A DNA stretch of 38,205 nucleotides, taken from NCBI GenBank assembly GCA_051942205.1, contig JAVECO010000206.1:1-38205 (forward strand). Reading direction: 5' to 3'. This DNA is from Coniocarpon cinnabarinum. Lineage: Eukaryota. The position numbers were made by a program, and so were the translations under genes. Shown piece by piece: positions 9,433 through 20,438 of this stretch. The notes under the pieces were generated by a model, which was given only the letters and a program-made list of their open reading frames with translations, was not told the DNA's origin and did no database searches. Every line of letters starts with the position of its first letter. Position 1 is the stretch's first letter.

Positions 9433-12400
9433 CTAGATCGCAATCCCGCGGATCGGCGAGCTCGGTTCGAACGATCGTAATGTCGTGTCTCCTTCGTCAT
9501 CGGCGTCCTCTTCGTCCAACACCACTTGCCGAACGACGCTCTTGTCAAACAGCTCCATGATGAACCGCAATGCTTGTAGCCGGAAGTGATATCTGTCAAC
9601 CAGACCTAAAACCTTTTGGAAGAATTGCGGCGATTCGAAGGCAGCGACCTTCTTATTCTTTAGGCTGTGAAGTTCGGCCGCTCTGGTCTTCGCAAGTACG
9701 GTGTTGCCCAAGTCCGTGATTAACGAGAGGATGCGCGCATTCGTAGGATCATCATCTGTAATCTTGGGGATTTGAATGTCAGGAATTTGGACCAGTCCGC
9801 GCTGAGAGCCCCACGCTGGCATCTGAAATAGCTCCGCGATATCCCGAGGTAAGCAAATTCCAGTGGATTGACCGCAGTCGTCAAGAGCGACGTCCCATCC
9901 TCGTTCCGCGAGAAGCTCCTGGCCGTAGATACTCTTAGAAATGAGACCGAGAACGAAGAAGGCGGTTCCGCGCATGGACATTACCTGCGACCGCATGGCG
10001 ATGTTGACAATCAACTCGACCACGTCGCTGGTCTCAAGGAAGGGAGCGCCAAGCTTCATCGAACCGATGTTGCCTACCGCCCACATACAGCCCTTCACTC
10101 GCATGATCGCTTCAGCATCGCTGTATTCCATGCCCCAGCCGCGAATCACTGAGACGAACTCTTCGAAATGTCCTTTTCGCTCCAAGAGCCGGCAACCCTC
10201 TGCAGTTCTAGTGAGTTCGCGGTAGAAGTGAGGAGGTGCCGATCCTTGATGCTGGTCTTCGACAAATTCTTCCGATAGATTACGACTCTGGCGTTGTGCA
10301 TGTTGATTCTGAGGTCGCGATAGCGCCTTACCTACAGAAGCTTCGACCAAACGCACATAAGTTTCATTTCGACCCAGGAACCAGTCATCCATCTCCTGCG
10401 AGATGTAGTCGAGATCATCCAGATAATGATAGCCTAACGAAGTTGACAAGAACCTCAGTAGGAGTGGAGCGCCGATTTCGCCAAGGTGATCAAGTGCGGG
10501 TCGACAGTAGACAACGTATTCCAGCGCATGAAGATTATTACAAGCCTCCTCGAGTATCTTGACCGCGACCTCGCATACTTCGACTTGTGGGTCGTACAGC
10601 TGCGTGACCAAAAGATCAATCGCCCAAGTTTGGATCTGGCCAAACTGTGGTGTTGAAAGTGAGCGGGCATCAGATTCAGTGGCTGACTGTTGCGCTCCCT
10701 TGTTATGGCCAACGACGGCGTATCGTCGCAAGATTCGCGTGGCAAACACTCTGATGTCAATCCCACAGGCAGTCAGAGCTTTTGACAAGATGACACGTAA
10801 GTGGCTCGGAATAGTATAGTCCATGCTACTGAGCAACATTTTGATCAGGTCGTTACGGTCTTGAAGCTCGACGATGTGGTAGAACATGTTTGCGATCTTC
10901 CATCGCTCAATGATCGCGAGGCCGCGAATGCTTGAGCTGATAGCACCGAGCAGGGCGAAGTATCCACCCGAAAGGGTATCCTCCAGACGATCGGCTGAAA
11001 ACAAAGGTGCAGCAGAGGTCAGGCCACTTAATCTGTCTACCTGAGCGAGACACTCGGCGATTTGACGCATGAGCTTATTTTCCGCTAGAAACTTGCTTCC
11101 TTCTGTCGACTGAAGGAGAGCACGCACGAGCGAGCATCCTAATGGGACATATCGCTGTTGTGTTTGCCTTGTATTTCGTATGTCAGAAAAGCGATACTTG
11201 AATGGTCTGAAGAAGCCAATCAAGCGTTTCATGAATTTCCCCTGCTTCATAGCGAATTCAAGACGTGACAGATTCTGTAATGGCCCATCAATGATCTTTT
11301 GAATCAACTCCCAATTCCATTTCTGGTATTTAGGCGTTATTGGGACTTGGCTGTCTAGCAAGGCTTGACGAAAAACAGGGTCTTCGATCTGTTGCGTTAA
11401 CGTGTCTCTCTGCAAATCCGAAGTCCTTCTCAAGGATGTCGCGCTACCTTCGTTCGGGTTGGGAGTGAGTGCTTGCAGTTTGTTGTTGTGCTCGGTGCGG
11501 TAAAGTGTTCGATTTACGCTATCGATCTGGTAGATAAGACTCGTGGCATCAAAGCGGTCATCAGAAGAAAGAACAGAAGCCGCAGAGAATATCGTAGGTA
11601 GTACTTGCAAGCGCTCTGTCCATGATGTTGGCAAAGCGGTGCTAGTCAGCTCAAGCGCCTCCCCCATGAGCAGAATTGCCTTTCGCTGTATGTGTAGAGT
11701 CTTCTCGTTTTGCAGTGTAAAGGCAAGAGCATCAAGGAGCCCCGCTCGAATGAAGACCGCCACGAGAAGTGCGGTAAAATGCTTGACAAGCTCACCATCC
11801 GCCGAGTCGTTATTCTGGCTGTTGAGACCAAAGCTATGAGTCCGGGACACGCCCACGCGACCGTAGGTGGTCAAACGACGGCCAGCAAGATAGGAGGTCG
11901 ACCATGACGGAGACTTGATTCGCATAAGATCTAGGATAATCTCCAGTACTATGTCTTTAATGCGGCTCGAGTCCTGGAAGAGCGACGTTGTGAGTGATTT
12001 GATGGCCAAAAAGCCATGACTCGACAATGCTGTTAAACCGGGCCATGTCTTCAGCATTCCAGCAATCACCTTAGCATTCGTCTTCAGCCGTTCTTCATTC
12101 ATATGCATGCTCTCGTCTGAAAAGACTGCGAATGGCCCTTGCAGCTCGTGACCGGATCTGAAATACTTTCGCCCATTGGGAAAGTCCAATAAATAGAGAA
12201 AGGCATGTGACAAGCTCTCCGCCGGCAAGTACAGACCCTCAGCGAGTGCGTCTGAAAGTGCACCTACACCGCTCGCACTGGCTACCAGAGCCGGCTTGCG
12301 AATGAGCATCTCGCAGAGCGTCATGATGCTGATATGGCGTAATCTGTCATCGTGCTGTTCCGCAATGGCTACCAATGCGCGCATGATAGGTTGCGCGACC

Positions 12401-13386
12401 TCCTCTAGTCCATCCTTCACGTCCAGAAACGCCCGCACAAACTTCAGCGCCTGTTCACGATCAACGCTATCTCTGCCTTCCTTGACAAGTGCTAGCAGGA
12501 CGAATATGTCTGTCGAGAAAGAGCGCATGGTCGACAAGGACTTGCGATCAGTGATTGCATATCTGAGCATGCGAAAGCCAGCCGCAGCAACTTCACGGTT
12601 GTCGCTCAAAAGCATGCCTTGTATCCGTACACCGAAAATAGTCCACACAAGATCATACTTCAGCGTGTTGTGACGCTTAAACAATTCAATCAGATTGTTA
12701 GCCAAATTCACGTAGTGATCAGCTGGCTGGCCGTGTTCTTCCAGAGCTTGCAGTGTTTCGACCAGAACATACGTCGGTGATTCATTGTCGTCCTCTTCTT
12801 CCTCCTCTGTTGTTGCGAATGTCTGCTGAGAGGAAGAGCGACCATGCTTAAATAATTGCGAAAGACTACCTGGACGCCCCTTTGTCGGTGAAGATGCCCG
12901 GGACCGCTCGACTTCGGCCGCAATGTTATGTTTCAGCACAGCTATGTTCCGATTTGTCTGATCTAATTGTGACTCCACTTTCATTCGTCGCTCTTTGGCA
13001 TTTTTCTTGAAGTGGAGGGCTTCGAGAAGATTTTCCGAACCAATCTTGATCTTGAGCTCGCGTTCTAGTTGGTCCTTGAAGCCGGCCTGGCGTTGTTCTG
13101 ATTCCCGCTGTTGTTGTTGGAACTCTTCTTCTTGCTTGTCGACGCGGTCCTTTCCCAACGTGCCAAAGTAGTCGGGTCTGCTCAGGTCGCTTCGGATCGT
13201 TGTGACAGAGCGTAGGTCCGAGCTGAAGCTTCCCGGCGGGCCATGACTTGCGGCTGACGCGGCAAAAGAGCCAGGTGGTCGAGAGCCCTCCGTATTTGAA
13301 TACGAACGACCATCACGCGTTCGTTGAGCAGGCGGAGCTAGGCTATCGCTGTCGACCGACTTGATACGACCGTGACGGGAAGTCAT
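9433..13386 (-). CDS. TSC11: TORC2 subunit Rictor (Ste20/Avo3/Tsc11/Pianissimo), 1317 aa, single exon
   Basis: N-terminal HR1-like coiled coil (LERELKIKIGSENLLEAL), Rictor N/M repeats, LLVTQLYDP..EVC..AVKILEEAC, PPHFYRELTRT.EGC and KGCMWAVGNIGS..GAPFL motifs. Confidence 0.95.
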   Translation of the reverse strand: MTSRHGRIKSVDSDSLAPPAQRTRDGRSYSNTEGSRPPGSFAASAASHGPPGSFSSDLRSVTTIRSDLSRPDYFGTLGKDRVDKQEEEFQQQQRESEQRQAGFKDQLERELKIKIGSENLLEALHFKKNAKERRMKVESQLDQTNRNIAVLKHNIAAEVERSRASSPTKGRPGSLSQLFKHGRSSSQQTFATTEEEEEDDNESPTYVLVETLQALEEHGQPADHYVNLANNLIELFKRHNTLKYDLVWTIFGVRIQGMLLSDNREVAAAGFRMLRYAITDRKSLSTMRSFSTDIFVLLALVKEGRDSVDREQALKFVRAFLDVKDGLEEVAQPIMRALVAIAEQHDDRLRHISIMTLCEMLIRKPALVASASGVGALSDALAEGLYLPAESLSHAFLYLLDFPNGRKYFRSGHELQGPFAVFSDESMHMNEERLKTNAKVIAGMLKTWPGLTALSSHGFLAIKSLTTSLFQDSSRIKDIVLEIILDLMRIKSPSWSTSYLAGRRLTTYGRVGVSRTHSFGLNSQNNDSADGELVKHFTALLVAVFIRAGLLDALAFTLQNEKTLHIQRKAILLMGEALELTSTALPTSWTERLQVLPTIFSAASVLSSDDRFDATSLIYQIDSVNRTLYRTEHNNKLQALTPNPNEGSATSLRRTSDLQRDTLTQQIEDPVFRQALLDSQVPITPKYQKWNWELIQKIIDGPLQNLSRLEFAMKQGKFMKRLIGFFRPFKYRFSDIRNTRQTQQRYVPLGCSLVRALLQSTEGSKFLAENKLMRQIAECLAQVDRLSGLTSAAPLFSADRLEDTLSGGYFALLGAISSSIRGLAIIERWKIANMFYHIVELQDRNDLIKMLLSSMDYTIPSHLRVILSKALTACGIDIRVFATRILRRYAVVGHNKGAQQSATESDARSLSTPQFGQIQTWAIDLLVTQLYDPQVEVCEVAVKILEEACNNLHALEYVVYCRPALDHLGEIGAPLLLRFLSTSLGYHYLDDLDYISQEMDDWFLGRNETYVRLVEASVGKALSRPQNQHAQRQSRNLSEEFVEDQHQGSAPPHFYRELTRTAEGCRLLERKGHFEEFVSVIRGWGMEYSDAEAIMRVKGCMWAVGNIGSMKLGAPFLETSDVVELIVNIAMRSQVMSMRGTAFFVLGLISKSIYGQELLAERGWDVALDDCGQSTGICLPRDIAELFQMPAWGSQRGLVQIPDIQIPKITDDDPTNARILSLITDLGNTVLAKTRAAELHSLKNKKVAAFESPQFFQKVLGLVDRYHFRLQALRFIMELFDKSVVRQVVLDEEDADDEGDTTLRSFEPSSPIRGIAI

Positions 13387-13931
13387 GGAGGAGGCAGGTG
13401 TTGCAACAGGAGAGCACAGGAGGAAGTACGGCGGCAGTCCACATCCGCCTCCCCTGGCTTACGCATTGATACCGTAGACCGTGTCGACGACTCTGTCTTC
13501 TCTTCGGTCGAATAATTCATACGCAACGAGAGCGGTTGTCTTGTTGGTCCGAGACGGGCAGGCTCTTTTCCATACATTCAGCCTTTGGGCATAATCACAT
13601 AGTCTCATGAGCGTTAGGAAATGGATTGATTGGCAGTGTAGTCTTCACTCGCGGGTGATTTCATGAGGAAACCCAGAACATTTAAGGTATCAAATGACGT
13701 TGGCTCTCTCAGGGAGAAAGATCGCCAAGACTCAGCACGGTCCCAATGAGGGGCGTTGGCCCGAATGCTCGTCTGAACACATGACCAATCTCATTGTAGT
13801 ATGAATTGCGGGCAGAACGTCATCGGTGAGGAAGGTCAATCAGCAGAAGCGGATGAGCGAACGAGACGACTTGAGTTGGGATGCATAGTAGTTACATGCT
13901 TGCGTCCTTAAATGATATTCCCCTACACGCA

Positions 13932-13998
13932 GCGGGGCGGGGATCTCCGCCGCAGACGCTAGCGAATGCTATCGATCAGCTATCTATAACGAAGATAA
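13932..13998 (+). promoter_or_regulatory. Putative purine/nitrogen control module upstream of uricase
   Basis: GCGG-GGATCT-CCGC (CGG-N6-CCG, UaY/Ppr1-type core) at 13937-13950, overlapping GCGGGG (CreA-type SYGGRG) sites. HGATAR boxes at 13980-13985 (minus strand) and 13993-13998. Confidence 0.45.
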
Positions 13999-14107
13999 CA
14001 CGGGCATTACAAGAGCGATCAGACGGCGTTCATGTATGCTGTATCTAGGCTCACACGCCTTGATCAAATATCCCCAGTAAAGCTAGACGAAACGCCGGGT
14101 TGTAGAG

Positions 14108-15068
14108 ATGTCGAATTCGCGGCTCAAATACGCCAAGTACGGCAAAGACAACGTACGTGTGCTAAAGGTTCATAAGGATAAACAGACAGGCGTTCAAGAT
14201 GTCTTCGAGTTCACAATCCAGACCATGCTGGAGGGAGATATTGAGACTTCGTACACCAAGGCAGATAACTCCCTGGTGGTGCCCACGGACACCCAGAAGC
14301 AAACCATTTACATCCTGGCAAAAAAGCATCCTGTGAGCCCCCCGGAAGTATTCGCCGCTCTCCTCGCACAACACTTCCTGGACAAGTACAAACATATTCA
14401 TGTTGCCCATGTGGATTTGGAGCAGGTCAGTTGGACCCGACTTACCATTGATGGACAGCCGCACCCTCACTCCTTCATAGAGGGTGGCAGCGAGAAGCGG
14501 TCTGTCAGCGTAACAGCGGCTGAAGGTAAGGGAATAGAAGTGCGTTCCGGCATCAAAGACCTTCTTGTCCTCAAGAGCACTGGATCAGCCTTCTACGGCT
14601 ATGACACGTCTGACCCCTATACCCGCCTGCCAGAGACTCGGGACCGAATTCTGAGCACTGCTGTTGACTGCACTTGGACATGGCAGCCTTTCGAGCGTCT
14701 GGTCGATGTCGAAGAAAGAGCTGCTTTGTTTAATGACGCATTTCCAACTGCTCGAAAAGTAACTTTGGATTTCTTTGCCAAAGAGAACAGCCCCAGCGTC
14801 CAGAACACCATGTACAAAATGGCAAATGACATCTTGAGACAAGTCAGCGATGTGGTCGAGGTCGAATACACGCTCCCCAACAAGCACTATTTCGAATGTG
14901 GTGAGTACCTCGAGATCGGAATTGACGCATGCCCTCTGAGCTGATACTGTTGTAGACTTAAGTTGGGTGGGTGGCGAGAACTTGAGGAACGTCAGAACAG
15001 ATGCTGAAGTCTACATGCCCCAAACGGACCCTAACGGACTCATCAATTGTATTGTCTCCCGGAAGTAA
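14108..15068 (+). CDS. uaZ: Urate oxidase (uricase); exons 14108-14900, 14956-15068
   Basis: YGKDNVRV, SYTKADNS.VVPTDTQK, LLVLKSTGSAF, TRLPETRDRILST, SPSVQNTMY and LPNKHYF motifs. The second exon gives DLSW...AEVYMPQTDPNGLINCIVSRK*. Confidence 0.96.
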
Positions 15069-15241
15069 CGGCGCTATCCAGATGTGGTCAAGTTTTGTTG
15101 GCGTTCATAATACCGGCTCACAAGTCTCGGCATCTTAGACACGACTGAAGTCTTAGTAATTTTGAGCCAAGACCGTGTGTAATAGTAAGTCCAAGAAACA
15201 ACCAGTGCGCGAGGGATCTGTTAGGGTTGTGTCGAGGTGGT

Positions 15242-15947
15242 CTAGGACGTTGATAATTGACCGGTTGTCTGGTGTGTGTAGCTCTCAGATGGAAATTGCA
15301 TCAAGTTCTGCTTGTAAGGATGAGCAAGGCCCTCGAACGCTGCATCATTGGATTAGTTTCCCACTTGATTGGCCTGGTTCCACTTGACACATACTTTTCA
15401 ATCGAGCCAACCGTTTTTCTCGTAGTCGATTCTTCGGCAGCATGCCTCGAACAGCCCTTCGCAGGATTTCAGCACCACCCCACTTGGCCTTCAGGCGTTC
15501 CATGTTCATGCTTTTGAGACTGCCAGGACGAGTTGTGTGGGTGTAATAGAGCTTTTGCTCAAGTTTTTTGCCAGTGACATGCAGATCATGGCAACCGACA
15601 GCCACGACGTAGTCTCCGCAGTCTGTAGAAGGGTTATATATCGGCTTATTTTTCCCCATCAGAGTCAGGGCTATTCTTGTCGCGAGTCGACCCAGCGGTA
15701 CAGGTGTCGGTGCAGCTGGTGCATGAGAAAGCGATGTTGAGGATACATTCGTTGCTTCAGAAGATGTCGATGCGAGAGAAAGAGCTGATCGTGAGGGTTG
15801 CGTTGCTGCGCCGACATCGACGAAATGCCATACACGCGAGTAGGCGAAACGAGTCTAGAGATCAATCAGTCAACGAGTTCTCTGCATTTTCATTTCAGGC
15901 GATGCCAAAGAGTTGCGAATCTGTACCTTGCCAATGACCTGTGACAT
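15242..15947 (-). CDS. MRPL23: Mitochondrial ribosomal protein uL13m; exons 15947-15927, 15854-15395, 15339-15242
   Basis: MSQVIGK|TRFAYSRVWHFVD...LGRLATRIALTLMGKNKPIYNPSTDCGDYVV...AVRGMLPKNRLR...RLK|TFEGLAHPY, with canonical introns. Confidence 0.93.
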
Positions 15948-16186
15948 ATCCTAATTTTCAACCAGACCTCATGAATGTGCTAGACGGAGGATCGAGAAAT
16001 GTTAATTGATGTATGCGAACACTAGAGGTCGCTGTAGGTTCGTCTCGGGCGTTGTAAAGAATACTCTTACCCTGCCCGAGAGTGCAAGTCATTGACACTT
16101 GATCTTCGTGAAACGACAAACACTTGAAGCGCCACTCAGATGCATGCTATGCACAGGAAAGCTTTAACAATTTACGAGCGCCCGCG

Positions 16187-17073
16187 ATGACCCTTAGCTC
16201 AGTTCCACCGTTCGAGGTCTGCCTTTTCCCGAAAGCCGTCCACTCGGGCCCGTGCGTGCTGACAGCGATCGCCAGACAACCTTCAATGTGCCTATGACAT
16301 GTGACGCCTGCGTGAAGCATGTCTCTAGCTCGCTTTCTGAGCTTCAGGGTATTGTGAAAGTCAACGTCGACCTCAAGAGTCAGATCGTCTCGGTGGAAGG
16401 CAATGCAGCTCCATCTGCAATTGTCAAAGCCATCCAAGCGACGGGGAGAGACGCCATCCTGAGGGGGAGTGGCACGGCTGATAGTGTGTCAAGCAAAAGC
16501 CTTTGCCTGCAACCAGCAAGCTCACCTTGACCTTCAGGTGCAGCGGTCTGCATCCTTGAGACTCATTCGACCTCTGTCAGCGACTATGTACGCGGACTAG
16601 TCCGCATGGTACAGGTCGCACCCGCTCTCACGCTCTTCGACATCACCATACGAGGGCTCTCACCCGGAACGTACCACACCACGATTCGCGAGAGCGGTGA
16701 TATTCGCAATGGACCCGAGTCGGCAGGCAGCATATGGGAGTGGGGGTTGTGGCAATGGGAGAAAAAAGAGCCCAAAGCCATTCGTGGTGTATTGGGCACT
16801 GTGGAGGTGGGTGTGGGCGGGTCTGGATCGTTGTTCCTGGACAAACCGATTCAGATCTGGGAAATGATAGGGCGCAGCATGATTGTCAGCCGGCAGAACA
16901 GCATGCAGGGCGGCAGCGGACAGGACGGATTCTCCAAGCACGACCCAGACACGTTGGTGGGGGTGATAGCGAGAAGTGCTGGGGTATGGGACAATGATAG
17001 GACCGTGTGCTCGTGCTCGGGCAAGACGGTATGGGAAGAACGGAGGGAGCAGAGCGATCGCGGGATGCTCTAG
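16187..17073 (+). CDS. CCS1: Copper chaperone for Cu/Zn superoxide dismutase; exons 16187-16216, 16276-16483, 16538-17073
   Basis: HMA domain MTCDAC, GRDAILRGSG..SAAVCILE, SOD-like domain, and C-terminal GVIARSAGVWDNDRTVCSCSGKTVWEER (CxC). Confidence 0.95.
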
Positions 17074-17858
17074 GCCTCTGGTGCCCTGTTCTGGTATGTT
17101 TTCGAGGAGGAGGACAGCATGCAGCAGACCGTGCCAGCAGGCAGGATGCGGCGCAGCATAGCATTATGCGGCTCTGCTGCTAGCGACGGACGGGGAGTGG
17201 GCGCCGGCGCATGTGCCTCGTCCACGCAGGAATGCGCTCATGTGTTGAAATAGACTGCTGCTCCCTGCTCTGCGCTTGCTTGCTCGCCTGCACGCGTCGA
17301 CAGAGGTGCTCCGTAGTCAACGTGCCTGCGGTAGAAAATGCCGACTGACGATACAAGAGGCCGAGGCGAAAGCGTGCTTCTCCATCACAGTGCCGGGCCA
17401 ATGAGAGTGCGTCCCTTGCAATTCTCTAAGCGCCGGCCAAACCCTCCTCTCACTCCACAGCTGGTGAGTCCTGCGACCCCGTCCATTGTCGGTCGAAATA
17501 GAGGCAGTCCTTGCGCATTGGCTTTCGTGCTCCTGGCGGTAATCGTAGGCGTTTTCTCTGTACAGACATCCAGTCTCCTGAGGCCCCCGGTGGCTGTTCT
17601 TCATCCGATCTCCCTAATCTTCAGCATTCGAAGCCGTCACCAGTCTTCATCTGAGATCTTTGCAATAACGCTTTCTTTCCTTTCTTTTGCTGTGCTAGTG
17701 CTAGATGTGGCTCTAAATTGTGGAAAATCCTGTGAGCAGCATGGGCATCTGGATCTCATGTCAACCTCAACCCGTGCTTTGAAAATACATCGCTTCTTCT
17801 GAGCACTCGTTGTCCTGTCGCTTTTCCATTCACTCGTACTTCAATCTTGGGCGTCAAG

Positions 17859-19783
17859 ATGTCGATGAAACAGGTGCGACCGAGGTCGAACGTATGCGCA
17901 AAGGCCAGGTGCTGACGCGAAAGGATGAACAGGAGCTCGAGACATGGGTTTCCGCCCTTTCGCATTACGATCGCAACGAGTTTGAGGAGTCTATCAGGAC
18001 ATTTCAGCCCATCGCAGACACATCCAAGATTCTCTTCAATTGTGGCGTCATTCGAGCGACATTGGGCGAACACGAAGAAGCTGTAGGCTATACTCTTGCG
18101 CCGCTGAAGCCTCTCGACGTGGAGTGATTAACTTGAGCATGATACAGGTCAAATACTACGGCAAAGCGATATCCCTCGATCAGTATCTTGCGATCGCATA
18201 CTTCCAAGCTGGCGTTTCCAACTTCTTATCCGGTGACTTTGAGGAGGCTTTGGCGAACTTTAACGACACTCTGCTATACTTGCGGGGAAACAAATTTATC
18301 GACTACGAGCAACTTGGTCTCAAGTACAAACTCTATTCTTGTGAGGCATTGTTCAATCGGGGCCTATGTTATGTCTATTTGCAGGCTGTGGATACAGGAA
18401 TTCAGGACATGACCCACGCGTCGCAAGAAAAGATTGTGGATGACCACTCTGTTATTGACGAGGCGATCAAGGATCGTGCTGAGGTGCGCACAAGCCTGTT
18501 GCTTACCATTGTGAGATTGAGCTGAACACTGATTTTCACCAGGGCTACACCGTCTTCTCAATCCCCGTTGGAACTGTATTTCGCCCCTCAGCAGCCAAAG
18601 TCAAGAACGTGCGGGCGCGAGACTACCTGGGCAAAACCCAAGTGCGTCTCGTCGCGTCTGCCAACTCTTCTGATCCCAGTGGGCCAAGCCATCGTCGCAA
18701 CGTCTCTGCAGAGACATGGTCCAAGTCTGATCGCGCTCCGAACGAGCTCTCTTACGCCGCTACGAATCTCATCCGCCCGAACCTCATCTCCCGGTCGCGC
18801 CAACAGTCCGAACCCCCCATGCAACGGAATCTTTTCCCACCAACGCCACCGCCCGAGCCCGAAAAGCCTGCGATACCTCCGCGGCCCACCGACTATAATC
18901 CTCAACGGCGACATCCCGCAAAGCTAGACACTTCCAACATCAGCACAATATCTCCGACTTCGGCTGCGCAGACGAGGTCTGCGCCTGTTTCGGATCTTGC
19001 TGCACGTCCGCCTCGCAGCCATAGTGCAAACCGAGCACCCAAACCAGGAAAGTTAGAATTGGGGGCGGCGGCCTTCGATAGGAAGCAAGTCCATGAGCCA
19101 CAGCGTCGAGCACCAGCAAGAAGCGCATCCGAAAGGCCTGCAGAACGGCGGCGCGAGGACGAGTTTGAGCGGGACCGAGCGCGATACGATGCTCGTAAAG
19201 AGCGGCTTTTTGGGGCCGTCGAGGCAAACGAGGGCGCGGACGAAACAAGCCAACGCCTGGTCCGTGAACGTGAGCGCAGTCGCAACAGGCGTAGTGACGG
19301 ACGTCGGCACGAAGGTAGAAGGCGTGAAGACGACATTGTAGAAGAGGATGAATCCGAGGTTGTTGACGATGATCCTGGCCTACGTGGGTCGTTGGGAAGT
19401 TACAATTCTGGACGTAGCGCTGCGACGGCGTTCTCGAGTATGTCGGCTGCGGGTCTGAAAAGCTTGAGACTGAAAGTGCACTATCCCTCTGAGACGCGGT
19501 ACATTGTCATGCCTTCTTCTGTTAGCTTTAAAGATTTCACAGATCAGATTACTAAGAAATACGGTAGCGATGTGGGAGGTAAACCGTTGAAAATCAAGAC
19601 GAAGGATGAAGAGGGAGACATTATCACTGTTGGCGATCAGGAAGACCTCGATCCCTGCCTGTCGAGTGCGAGAAGCCAGGCGAGGAAGGAAGGTTCAGAG
19701 GTGGGCAAGCTAGAGGTGAGGGCGATCTTCAAATTAGAATTCGTTGATACTGACCAGCTCTTCAGGTATGGGTCCAGGTATAA
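17859..19783 (+). CDS. noxR: NADPH oxidase regulator NoxR (p67phox homolog); exons 17859-17873, 17933-18082, 18148-18483, 18543-19715, 19766-19783
   Basis: MSMKQ|ELETWV, TPR region (DTSKILFNCGVI, DQYLAIAYFQ.GVSNF, IDYEQLGLKYKLYSCE), activation region GYTVFSIPVG.VFRP, and C-terminal PB1 domain (LRLKVHY...KDEEGDIITVGDQEDLD...GKLE|VWVQV*). Confidence 0.95.
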
Positions 19784-20438
19784 TACTCTACAACAAGAGT
19801 GCGAAGAAGCTCCGATCACAGGCCTCGCGGCCGGGCTCCATGCACCAATAGTAGACTTCACAGCTGCAAAGCACCTCGAGCATTGCCAATATGACTAAGC
19901 CGAAGAAATGTGATAGAGCATGCGATCTCCCTTTGTCGCCTCTACTCACGACGCCGTCCACCCGCTGGTCTCGAAACACACATCACATATGGCGGTGAAA
20001 TCACATCTTTCTCTTGATGCCAGAACGATGACTTGTTACGACATGTAATACCTATTTGACGATATCAAGAAAGCATATGAAGCGCACTCTGAAATCACGA
20101 ATGTTAACCTGCTCTGCGAAATGATAATACTTGGCACATTGCTGCCTGGAGTATGGCGTGTAGCTCTGTACATACGAGAGAAGATTTTCTAACGAAAATA
20201 CTTACGAACGATGGCATCATGCTTCACGCTGAAGAAACGTCTTGAGCACTGATACGAAGAAAGACCTCCAGCGCAGCGTCCAGCCGCTCTAATGCGCTCA
20301 TCCGCCCTGCTTTACGCCATCAAAGCCTATGTCTATTCGGAACAAATGCCCAGAGCAAATCTCCTTAGTCGCTCAACACGCCAGCGATCTCAAATACAAA
20401 ATTCGCCCGTGCGCCATTCCAAACACTAGTCAAAACCC

